A stretch of DNA of 62,155 bases, counting the filler, from Rhabdomonas costata (Eukaryota): assembly GCA_019059605.1 (NCBI GenBank). It is 33 parts of 33 records of this genome, joined end to end, with 100 filler letters (N's around TTAATTAATTAA, not from the genome) between each part and the next. Parts side by side here need not be neighbours in the genome. Positions count along the whole stretch, not along the records: positions 24,534 to 26,320 come from JAHMHO010009058.1; positions 26,421 to 28,207 come from JAHMHO010009059.1; positions 28,308 to 30,094 come from JAHMHO010009060.1; positions 30,195 to 31,980 come from JAHMHO010009061.1; positions 32,081 to 33,866 come from JAHMHO010009062.1; positions 33,967 to 35,752 come from JAHMHO010009063.1; 27 more parts are not named here. The stretch is one strand, 5' to 3'. A program made the position numbers and the translations under genes. Below the pieces are notes generated by a model. It did no database searches. It was not told the DNA's origin and worked only from the letters and a program-made list of their open reading frames with translations. Position 1 is the stretch's first letter. Each line of letters starts with the position of its first letter. This document shows, in pieces, positions 24,925 to 35,620 of this stretch.

Positions 24925-25156
24925 CTGGAACAAGGGGTTTCCGGGGTACCTCTGCACCGCCGCAGAGCATACCCCGCCCATGGCGGTGGCCGCGGCCCCA
25001 CACCGGTCCACCTCCTTGGGAAGCAGCCACAGCAGGGCGAATAAAACTACGGCGGCGTAGGGCGCCCGCACGCCTTCCTCCACACCCCAGCACTCCTGAA
25101 GCAGTGTCACTCCGCGCTGAAGAAGATTGGACCCCGTCTCCGATATATCCAGGAAT
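24925..25156 (-). CDS. Internal exon of an unidentified, probably helical protein
   Basis: Bounded by CAG| and |GTCACT with GC-rich codons: FLDISETGSNLLQRGVTLLQECWGVEEGVRAPYAAVVLFALLWLLPKEVDRCG...AVQRYPGNPLFQ. Confidence 0.5.
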
Positions 25157-26719
25157 CTGCACCCACCAACCACACAAATTCTTTCGGGGGGCGGGGGCGG
25201 GGGGATGATCATGCGGTGCGGAGTAGCAGAACACTTTGGAGAAAGGCCCAGGTGTGCGCCAGTTTTACAGATCCAAGATGGAGGGAAGGGAAGCAAAGTC
25301 ACGACGCTCTTGCCTCTGCATGCAAGTCCATACGCCCACTGTACACACTGCTCTCTCGTGGCATGGGGCATTTCTCACTGATGCACTGGGCGCCCAACTT
25401 ATCAGCGACTCTCGAGTTAGCAATCACTCCACGTGGCTTGCAAGCAGGATTGCTGACATTTAGCCAGAAATACTTTGCGAGATCTTCCCGTTTTTGATCA
25501 GGCCCTCCTGCTGCTGCAAAAGCGCTGTATGCAGATCATTTTCTCGCCTGGTGCTTAGAGGTGGCACCGTGTCCGCATGGCACCCCGCTTGTCTGCCCTT
25601 TGCTTGCTTTTACGGAATTTCCTTTCCGAACTCACATTGGTTGTGTACGCGACGCTGGGTCCGTTCACTGACCGAAATTCCCCCAGGTTTCTCCGGGGTG
25701 CATAATCACCCACTCGTGATCCTCTAAGAATTTTTGATTTGAACGGAACTGCCTACGCCGGGCCAACAAAGAACCGTTATGTTACCGAGAGAACGGCTGA
25801 CGCCGAAGGTTTTTGGTGGGCACAAAAGTGGAAATTAGGTTGTGACCGCCCTTGCGCCGCACACTTCCGCAGTGAGGCTTTCGCGGCGCACAGCACGTAG
25901 AGCAGACCAACTCCAAACTGAACCACGGAGCTCAGTTCTGGGTGACCACGGTACACCCTCCAGTCTGCGGACAAGCTCTGCGCAGAAGCAACCCCCAACG
26001 TTGGAAACCAACCAACCAGAGGAACCACAACCTCAACAAAATTCATGATGCATGAGTAATCATCTTGAATGAATCAGGAAGCACTTGGTTCCGTGCTGTT
26101 GGATGCACCCCCCTCCCAGCTAAAAAGAGGACTGCGCGGTATAATCAATAATCAGAACGGGAAACGCCTTCCTGCCATTCTCCTAATTCCCGGAAAGATC
26201 GCCAAAATATGTAAAACACCTCTCCATAGCTCCAGCAACCTTTTTCTATTTTCTATTTTTCTATTATTTCTATTTTGGGGCAGAATCAATTCACCCAATC
26301 CACCCCACTTCCCCCACAACNNNNNNNNNNNNNNNNNNNNNNNNNNNNNNNNNNNNNNNNNNNNTTAATTAATTAANNNNNNNNNNNNNNNNNNNNNNNN
26401 NNNNNNNNNNNNNNNNNNNNCCCCAACCCACCAATAGCACCGCACAATTTCCTGATTCCTCCACCGAGATTACGGTCTAGCAGGTCTGGAGTATTCGGTC
26501 CATTACCAACGTGGGGTCCAAGCCTTGAGATTCAGGCCACCAGGGTGCGTCCAGTGGTCTTCATCTACTGACCCGACTCTCTGCCCTCTGCGCTCGCGCA
26601 TTCCTCGTTTTCTGCCTTCTTTGACTTATACGTTGCCAACTTGTTGATGCTCTCTGTATTCCGTCAATTATTTCTCATACTCGCACCAAGGTTGCATGTG
26701 TGGGTGTGCGCGTGCGGAC

Positions 26720-26953
26720 CTCGGCTTCGCGGGGGAAGCGTACACGGAAGGCCGCGGAGGCCTCGCAGCGCTCCCGCAGCTCCGACAGAGTGATCCTGCG
26801 CTCATGCTCCATGGAAAACCCGCAGAGCATCTCATAGAAGATCACCCCGGTCGCGAAGACGTCCACCCGCTCGTTGTACACCGCGGTCTCTTGCTCTGGG
26901 GCGCAGTACGTCTTTGTGCCCACTCCGGCGCTGTACTCGTACACCCCGCTGGC
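26720..26953 (-). CDS. eIF2-alpha kinase family (GCN2/HRI/PERK-like) exon, subdomains VIII-X
   Basis: Exon bounded by CAG| and |GTCCGC: ASGVYEYSAGVGTKTYCAPEQETAVYNERVDVFATGVIFYEMLCGFSMEHERRITLSELRERCEASAAFRVRFPREAE. GVGT..Y.APEQ and F....ER...L..LR...F...FP.E are characteristic of eIF2-alpha kinases. Confidence 0.85.
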
Positions 26954-28889
26954 CTGAGGTTGGCAAGGGCACGGTGTGCTGGATGCGACGACGGGAAGTG
27001 CTGGGGACACGCATACGACACGCATATATATCGGTGCGGTGCAAGTTTCGATGGGGATTGACCGGCTGTGCTCCGCAAGTTCTCGGCTCTGCTTGCACAT
27101 CAATGAAAATGGGGTTCCGGGCTAAGAACTCGGTGTTTTTTTATCGTGGAAGGGCTGAACGCAGGTGACGAGCCGTATTTGCGAGTAGAACGTGCCCTGT
27201 GAAGAATGGCATCCTTTTGTATAAAGTTTTCACAACACTATGCCAATGTTTAACAGGTAAAGTTGAAAAAAAGTTGAAACCTCTCTTCTCTGTGTCATTC
27301 CATTTCCGCTTACCTCTGAACATCTCGAGGGACCTGAATTCCTGGGGATGCCAGGAAATCGTCGTATCAGTCGTGAGTGTAGCCTATGCCATCTCCAGGG
27401 GGGGGGGGCAGAGTGCATGTAAAAATGTGAGGGGAGCGGGCGGCGCATCTTTCTCTCAGGTGTCTGCAATCGCTTTCCTCCGCCTCGAGTCAGCTTCACG
27501 CCTACCCCTGCGCCTCTGTTCTCCTCTGGAGATAACACCACAGCCCTGGGCCCGGGCCCCGCCCCCTCCTCTTCCAACATTACTTGGTGGGACCCCCGTA
27601 CTTGGCCCTCGCCGTGGGGCTGGTTCAAGAACGTCTCTGCCCCATTGGCGGCCGTGGGTCCCAGGCTGGCCAACTTGACTGGGCGGATCCCCGCGGTGGG
27701 GTGGCCCTCGCGTCCTGGACGCCGTGCTCTTCGGGAGACTCAACCCGTGAGTACCCCGGGAGCGGAGTCGTCCGAGGATGTTGCTTCTCGAGGCAAGGGC
27801 TGGGGTTGCAATGGGCTGCTACCCAATTCGGTTTGATTCCATTCTATAGAATTTCCGCTCACAGCTCCCCTTTCGCAAATGTGCGGTGGGGGCATAAAAA
27901 TATGCCATCCTCCTCCTGTTGGCGTTATTCTCACAGGAAGTCCAGGCGTCGCCTGGATTGCAAAAACAAACGGAGGGGAGGGGTGTTGCAGCATTTGTCT
28001 TCATCCCATTTTCCGTACGTACCGATGGTCGATCCTGTCCTCCAGCAGAGACTACCGTCGTTAAAAAGTTTCCGGGTCAAAAAATATAGAGTCCTTTTGG
28101 ATAAAGAATTCATTTGCTTCCTTTTTCAGCCCACTCACGGGTATCCACCCATGGGTCAATATTTTATGGACGCCTCTAGTCACCCCAACACCCCAGCTTG
28201 CTTGGCGNNNNNNNNNNNNNNNNNNNNNNNNNNNNNNNNNNNNNNNNNNNNTTAATTAATTAANNNNNNNNNNNNNNNNNNNNNNNNNNNNNNNNNNNNN
28301 NNNNNNNTTGTGGGGGTGGGTAGCAAGTTGGGTCTGTGGAGGCCATCGGATGTTTACGACACCACGGTGCCAGATACGCGGTGGACTCGAAGGAGAAAGG
28401 ATGCGCATAATCCAAGGACCGGAGTGCTCTTACGATTTACTAGAGTTTCAGAAATACGGGGGAGGGGTCACCGTTACGGGTGACAACAACTTATCTCGGC
28501 GGACCGCGACGTGAAACGAAATCAATGTCAAGTCCCGGCAACGCCATAAACCCGTCTGAGCGTATCGCTGTGATCACCTTGCAACATGGGGCGGAGCCAT
28601 TTCCAAAGTGAAAAGCCAGAACTGCAGCTTACGTCACCCCGACATTTGGAGAACATCGGTATATTCCAGAAAAAACATACTGAACTTAGGGGCCTCTAGA
28701 GCGTAAGAAACGACCTCGTTGACATGGTTTACAAATTGAACACTTTTTACTATTCGTAAAAACCCTGTAAGATCAAAAAAATAACATATGGGTTGCTCCT
28801 TTTTCACCTCTCCCTCTTGCGGCGGCGCGGTCATATTGCCACCACATATGCTCCCCCGCACTCCCAGCGAATAAGTGCAACGCGCACAC

Positions 28890-29891
28890 CTTCACCAGCT
28901 CATCACGAGAGACAATGGACACCATCTTGAGGAAGAATTTCTTGGGCAGCACCGCCGTGAAGACCTGTGTGTACCTCGCCAGCCTCTTGAGCTCCTTCAT
29001 TTCCACCCTGAAGACTTTCTTTCCATACACCTCGGCAAGGTCGTCTACGTCCATCGCACTTTTCCACTTCTCTAGCTTGCCGGAGCCAAACCGGTGTTTC
29101 AGGTAGCTGTCCAGCTGCTTCGCAGAGATGACTACCTGGCTGGTTCGCTTCGCGTCGAGCTGGGACCGAAACCACACACATGGAAGCGGGGCCGCCTGAG
29201 GAAAAGACGAGACCAAAGGAGAGAAAAACAATCTTCTTTTGTATTCTGAACAATTCGCTGAAGTCAAAGAACAAAGGAAGCCGTTTCTTGGATGCGAAGT
29301 CACCGGCTCGGCTCACCCGGAGGTAGTGCAGGGAATCAGCAAAATCAGCAAAATTGAAGTCGCGGCAAGTTGACGAAACTAAATGTGAATGAAGGGGGTG
29401 CTTAACAATTTAATTTAGCTTAACTACTTAACAACTTAGCTTAACTACCAGCGCAGGAATATACCACATGTGCACTCGGTCCAACGCCAGTCTCACGCTG
29501 CACAACCCATCCACAAGATGGGCGCATAGCATACATAACATAACATACCCGATGACCCAGTAAGGGGAGAGGAGACCACACGTCACGAACACGCGAATGC
29601 GCAGGTCAGCTTGCATTGGAGGGAGTTCGAATTTCCGCAAGGGCTTATGTCTTCCCTAAAAATGGACGGCGTAGCACAAATCAAACCACACAGAAGCCCA
29701 GCCCTAAAACACGCGCCACGCCGAAACGGATGCAAACTGACCTTGTCCGTGTTGCCTGGGATCACGTCTGGGAGGTTCAAGTCGATCCCTAACTCCCACA
29801 GGAACAGGTGCCCCAACCGAAGCTCGCACGGCACGGGAAAGCACTTCGGCGGCGCGCCTACCCCGCGGAGGTCGAACTCACGATGCCCCAC
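28890..29891 (-). CDS. Unidentified protein, 2 exons
   Basis: Exons 29891-29742 and 29195-28890 (both phase 0, GT-AG): VGHREFDLRGVGAPPKCF...PGNTDK|AAPLPCVWFRSQLDAKRTSQVVISAKQLDSYLKHRFGSGKLEKW...SRDELVK, with strong GC3 bias. Confidence 0.6.
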
Positions 29892-30299
29892 CTGTGCACG
29901 GCACCGGCACAACCACACGAAGCCCAGCCTTACACAGCATTACCCTCTTTTTCGGTGCATGGCGCGACAATACACGAAAACGGAGTGATAAATTTTTGTT
30001 GCTGTACACCCGTTTACCGGAATATGACCCAGTTCTTTCAACTCACTAACTCCACCATTTCTACCATACGGGCATTATGGGGACCCACACCACCNNNNNN
30101 NNNNNNNNNNNNNNNNNNNNNNNNNNNNNNNNNNNNNNTTAATTAATTAANNNNNNNNNNNNNNNNNNNNNNNNNNNNNNNNNNNNNNNNNNNNTGTGTG
30201 GGGTGGCTGTTGTTGAGCGGTTCCTGTGCTGTGTGATAGGGGCCGGACCTCTGACCCCTTACCTGAGGGCTGTTCCATCTCCCTCTTCCCGCCCGCGTG

Positions 30300-30395
30300 C
30301 CGTAGGGCTCGGGGTTGAAGCTCAGGGTGGAGTGTTTGGGTTAGGGTTCGGGGTTTGTGTGTCAGGGTTAGGGCTCGGGGTTGTGTTAGGGTTGG
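30300..30395 (+). repeat. Degenerate TTAGGG-like (telomere-like) hexamer tract in an intron
   Basis: gggttagggttcggggtttgtgtgtcagggttagggctcggggttgtgttagggttgg contains three exact TTAGGG units among variants. Confidence 0.65.
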
Positions 30396-30418
30396 AGATG
30401 GGGCCCCGCCGCGCACAG

Positions 30419-30683
30419 GTTTATCACGGGGTGCATCTGCCTGTACGCGGCGTTTGGGAACCTGATCCACGAGACGTACGGGTTCCTGATGCCCCTGCTG
30501 GCGCCGATGCCGGTGTGGTGGCCGCTGTGCTGCTGGCCCCACCCCCCGCGGGACACCAACAAGGTGAGGTCGATCTTTGGGCTGCGGTTCACCCCATCGG
30601 AGCAGGCGTACTACGGAGGCTCCCCGCGGGGCTCGTTGCTGGCGGGCACCCCCTCGCCGGGCTTCCCTGCGGCGGCGCTGTAA
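30419..30683 (+). CDS. GPR1/FUN34/YaaH (SatP/Ady2) acetate/ammonia transporter family, last exon
   Basis: After CAG| it reads FITGCICLYAAFGNLIHETYGFLMPLL...AAAL-TAA. The last TM helix and the L..E.YG...P end resemble the GPR1/FUN34/SatP C-terminus. Confidence 0.65.
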
Positions 30684-32997
30684 GCGGAAGGGCGGAAAAG
30701 AGAGTGAGAGCGAAACGCAGAAACCGAGGAGGCACGCCGATCGAGTGAAAGAGAGAGCCCCTCGAGGGCATGGCTCGCTCTGTGTGGCGAGAGGCGTTTG
30801 GGTTTGTTTTTGTCTGTGCACTTCGTTTCTCTCTTTGTTTGTGACTATTGTCGCCGCGCCACGGGGGCTGAGGCACCCTCCGCCGGAATAGCAGCCCTTC
30901 TGCTCCGATTTTGGCTTTCCTTGTGACGCGCCGCCGTGCTTCGAGCCTTCGGGCTTTTGCTTTGTCGGAACCCCCTCTTCCACCGTTGTCTTCGTCCTAC
31001 CTGTGCGTGGATCCGCGAGTCGCGTGCGAACTTAGAGCTGGGCTGCCGTTTTGGATGTGGTTTCCGATGCGAACAGAGCTTCCGCACAGAACGGCAACTC
31101 CCACCGTCCGGTACAGTCCTGTACAGTCCCGTTGTATCCGTCCGTGAGAGTGTTTGATTTTGTGTGCTGAAACGAACGAGAGATGTGTGAGGGTGCGTTT
31201 GTAGAAATGTGTGTACTTATGGGTTGGAAACGGGAGAGCGATAACATAGAACCCGAGCGCGCAGCACCCAGTCCCCTGTGCTGGCGTCACGTCACACACG
31301 TTGAGGTATTCCCGGGTAGAAGTTCCGATGTGGGGGAGTGAGGTGGGTTTCCTTCCCCCGGGTCTTCTATGGTGTTTCGCGGCGTAAAAACCTTCTGCAC
31401 TGCTGCCGGCACCGTGACGGCTCCAACGGCAAGGTTGGGCTCTTCTTGTGAGCGTGTGGAAGGTTTGGAAGGTTTGCCTTCCGGAGTTGGGGGTTGAAGG
31501 GGAAGGCGAACCCTGTGAGAGGGAAGGACAAGGGCTGTGCCGAAGTTCTCTCAGTTGTCTCAGGAGGCATCATGGATTGAGGCATGAAGGGAGGGGATGG
31601 CGGGGATGGCGAAGGCCGAGGGTTTCGGGGTGAGTATAGGGATAATGCAGGGCTGCCGTAACTGCTGCTTCTGCTGCTGCTGGTACTATAAAGGGATTTC
31701 GGATGATGAGTGCGGTGTGCGCACACCAGCCTTCAATGAGAGAGAGAGCGAGTAGGAGTAGGGGAGTGCAGGGCTGCCGCTTCTGCTGCTTTAAGTAGGA
31801 GGATGTTTTTAGTTGCCCTCATTGGTGTGGCTTTTAGTATTGCTAGAAGGGTAAGGCGCGTTTGGATTTTACAGACGTGAAGAAGCCGGAGTTCCCAGCT
31901 CGCACTTCTTATGTTGGTTCATGGGCTTCCTTTTGTCCCTGTGCCTCTCCGCGCATCCTGCATATTTTTTACCCACACAANNNNNNNNNNNNNNNNNNNN
32001 NNNNNNNNNNNNNNNNNNNNNNNNTTAATTAATTAANNNNNNNNNNNNNNNNNNNNNNNNNNNNNNNNNNNNNNNNNNNNGGGTTTGTTTTGACATAGGT
32101 GTGGATCTGCTCTACCCGCCCTCCCCCGTGCTGCATGACAGGGTTGTGGCGGTGAGGCCATGAGCATCACCATCACCACCATGAACGGCATCCGGAAGAA
32201 ACACAATGAAAACGCAAGGAAGTCGAGGAGGGGAACCACGAAAATCGGGAAGCCAACGGAGATGAATGACCAGAAATAAAATTACCTGTCACCTGCCACA
32301 GGGAATGAGAATAATGAACAGCCAAAATTCCACCCGCCCCTTGTCTCGAAAGCGAATCAAAAAGCGTGGTGGTGATGGGTAAAGCCGAAGTAGGCCCGGG
32401 GTCTTTTCTGTGTACAGTGGGCCTCCCGAAACGTTGTGTAACTCACAGAAACTGGCAAAAAAAAAGGGGGGGGGATCACCGGGTCTGACTAAACCAGAAA
32501 GACACAACACGTCGTTGACACTGTGAAAGCAAACTGCCAAGATCAATGCCCAAGCGACTCTGAAAGCGCCTCACTTGACCACATCAATTTGGCAGGAGGC
32601 AGAGAGAGGTTCGGTTGCACTTTCGGCGTCCCTTCACAGTGCGACGGTTTCCTAACTTCACAGGGCGCCCAATCAGCACTGCCTAATCAACCACCCGCCG
32701 AATGTCCGTTTTGCATAGCGATCATGATCACGATAATCGTTGTCAAGGAATATCTTATCGTTGCCTTTGGATGGGACAGCCCAAGAGAAGAAGGAAGGCG
32801 CACCCAAACTCTTCCCGGTCTCTCGGACGGTGCCCGTTCGGCCACCAGAGTGAGCAGAGTGGGAGGACCGCTTGTCGCTGGGCGCCCCTTCCGCGTCATC
32901 TCCAATGGGAATCCGAGTAGCTTTCCCAGCCATTCCAAACACAAGCAAGTAAGTCGCAAAAAAGAAAGACAAGGGCAGACAACGACTTCGAGTAATC

Positions 32998-33067
32998 GTA
33001 AAAAGCAGTCTGAAAAGAGGGTAAAAAGCAGTCTGAAAAGAGGGTAAAAAGCAGTCTGAAAATAGGG
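32998..33067. repeat. 23-bp minisatellite, 3 copies
   Basis: gtaaaaagcagtctgaaaagagg x2 plus a third copy with one mismatch. No spacers. Confidence 0.9.
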
Positions 33068-34220
33068 CTAAGCCGAAGCAGGCCTGGGGTGTTTTGTATA
33101 TGTATCTTTCTTTTGTATATGTCTTTTGTATATGTATATGTCTGAAAAAGCGTACAGAAATGAACCGGGGGTTTTTTTCCTTGATCAACACTCTTGATCC
33201 TAACAGAAGCCCGAAGCCCACCTCAATCCTCACCCAATCTCAACATTTGCGCAACAGCAGCTTACCCTCTGCCTGAGATTGCCCATTCAATTGCACAAAC
33301 GCTCACATGGTTGCAAAGTATTCCTTCATGGTGAAGGACAATGCACACTTTGCAGCGTCAGTTTGTATTGTGAGGAAGAAATTGAACCCGCTGTGGCACC
33401 GCAAAACACACCCGCGCCCCTATCCTCACCTGAATCTTAACCGGAACTCTAACTTAATTCAAGCCAAATTCCGAACTCATCCTTTGTTTAAACCCGACAC
33501 ATACATACCACACACAGTACGAGACCTGAAGCTGACGCTGAGCATAGTAGTAAACTAAACTAATCAGGTCAAAAACGGTATATACTGACCACAGGTGAAC
33601 CTGAGGCTGGTGTGCTTTCCCCGACGACAGACACTACGGAAACAAAGATCTTCGCTTCAAAAGTGTTTCCCCGCGGGCACCGAGCCCGGAGTGCAAGGAC
33701 ACTGTACACAGGGCTTACGGAGCAGTAAAAGGAAAGATTATCCACACACTGAGGGGAGCACTGTCATTTTTGTTTTCATTTCCCTGCAGCGGAACGTCTT
33801 TCCTGCACAGTATTTACAAAAAAAATACATGGGCAATATCTACAAAATTAAAAACAAACAAAACCCNNNNNNNNNNNNNNNNNNNNNNNNNNNNNNNNNN
33901 NNNNNNNNNNTTAATTAATTAANNNNNNNNNNNNNNNNNNNNNNNNNNNNNNNNNNNNNNNNNNNNTGTTTGGGGTGGGGGGTGAGGGGGGGTGCGCTTG
34001 CAGCGTCTCCTTCAGACTGTCCGTCGCCTTCGCAGCCAACTCAGCCCGCTTCGTCTTGCTCGTGCCCTTGCCACAGCTCCGCCGGTGATGGTGACTTTGT
34101 GATCTGCTCCTGCAGCTGTGGAGCCAGCCTCACTCCTGTGAATCGTCGCCAGGAAAGGCGTGGTGTGGACGGCCTGCTTTTTTCCACCTTTTGATCGCAC
34201 CCCATTCAATTCGGGAGCAG

Positions 34221-34825
34221 GTGATTGTCTTGGAATTCTCCTTGGATCAGAGCGCAGCAGACTACGCGGGAATCATTTTGTTTGGGTTTTCTGACGTATT
34301 TTCCGGACGGCGGAAGACCGATCTCAACTTGTTTGCTGGCAACTATGCTGAGGTTTGCTCAGCCGCTCTAACGCACCCATGGCACGTGCTTCTAAAATGT
34401 CGTCTTTGTGTGAAGGACTCTCATGGAGGGCTGGGGAAGGGGCATTATTTGTTGATCTCCTCTCTTGATGTCTTTTCTGCCGCTTTCCCTCGATTTTCGT
34501 TCGAGACTTTCTCACCCACCCACCTCACGCCAGGCCACTACTTTGCGAAACGGGGATATCCTCGCGGCGACCCTCCGCCAGAGAAGCGGTCAGAGGCTGT
34601 GTCAACTTCAGTCTCTGCTGTGCCCGCACAGCTTCCCTTCGCTGATTTTCTGGCGCTGAGGGACGGCGGCGAGGCCAGCACAGACAGTGAGTCGGAGCCC
34701 GAGCGGGTCACCTCAGAACATGCTGCGGCGGCTGCCGCCGCGGAGGCCTCCAAGGACCCATGCCTTGCGGAAAGAGTGGAGAACCGCCGGAGGAAGGCCG
34801 CTGCGATGCGCTCCCTGGAGCGCTG
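34221..34825 (+). CDS. Unidentified protein, probable exons
   Basis: Candidate exons 34221-34352 (VIVLEFSLDQSAADYAGIILFGFSDVFSGRRKTDLNLFAGNYAE, donor GTTTGC) and 34632-34825 (LPFADFLALRDGGEASTDSESEPE...RSLER, donor GTGAGC). The exon structure between them is uncertain. Confidence 0.4.
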
Positions 34826-35514
34826 GTGAGCGGCCACCTTGCAGGCGCAATTCCTTCGCCCTGTGCGAACAACACCCTGGCCCTGCTCGTGCTTGAAGAT
34901 GTTCACTCCATCCTCGCCAAGCGACGAACGGCTCTCACGAGTCGCCGTAACGCATTGGAGGAGGGGCGAAGCAGGAAACCTGCCCCCAACAGACTCGCGC
35001 ATTTCCGTCAGAGCTGCACGGCGTTTTCATTTTTTGCAACAGCCCGCGGGTGTCTTGTATTGGAATTGGTTCACATCCTTTTCACTGAGAAAAAACTGCT
35101 GTGCCTAATGGAGGGCAAAATTCTACCGATCACGATGGTCCCGCTTTGTAAACTCGGAATTAACGACCACAAACATGTGGAACTCGGTCCATGAGAAGTG
35201 AGTAGGTTGGTCAAACCGATTTGCTTCACAAAAAAATAGAAAACACCTCGACAGTGGTGCATGAAGGACAGGCGCACGGACTTTCTGCATGGCGATGCAG
35301 CGGGTGGTTTTGGTTGTGATCAGCTGCAGCCCCACTGTCCCAGACCTTTTGAGTCTTCACCTCACCGTCCCTCCGTTCATCTTACAGCGCTGGCTGCCGT
35401 TTTGTCCTCTCCCCCATGCTCTTGTTTTGTGTGGGACTTTGATATCTTTTGAATGTGAGCGCGTGCCGCCGGTGACTCTACCGGGGGCAGATTTCCCACC
35501 CTTCGTTTGGTTTC

Positions 35515-35620
35515 GTGTGTGAGTGTGACTGTGACTGTGACTGTGACTGTGACTGTGAGTAAGAGTGAGTGTGGGTGTGTAGGTGTGCACCTGCGTGTCT
35601 CTGTGTGTGCCTGTGTGTGT
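35515..35620. repeat. (GTGACT)n and (GT)n simple repeats
   Basis: gtgactgtgactgtgactgtgactgtgact followed by GT-rich runs. Confidence 0.9.

Noticed and set aside
10575..26953. Cyclase-kinase signalling cluster as a novel system
   Set aside because: The genes lie on separate unlinked contigs. Their co-occurrence more likely reflects large gene families in the genome.
30147..30983. 278-aa minus-strand ORF and similar long GC-rich ORFs (15766-16398, 17026-17757, 45786-46187)
   Set aside because: They are antisense shadows of GC3-rich exons on the other strand, with low-complexity R/G/P translations.
32998..33067. 23-bp direct repeats as CRISPR
   Set aside because: Head-to-tail copies without unique spacers, no cas genes, and a eukaryotic context.
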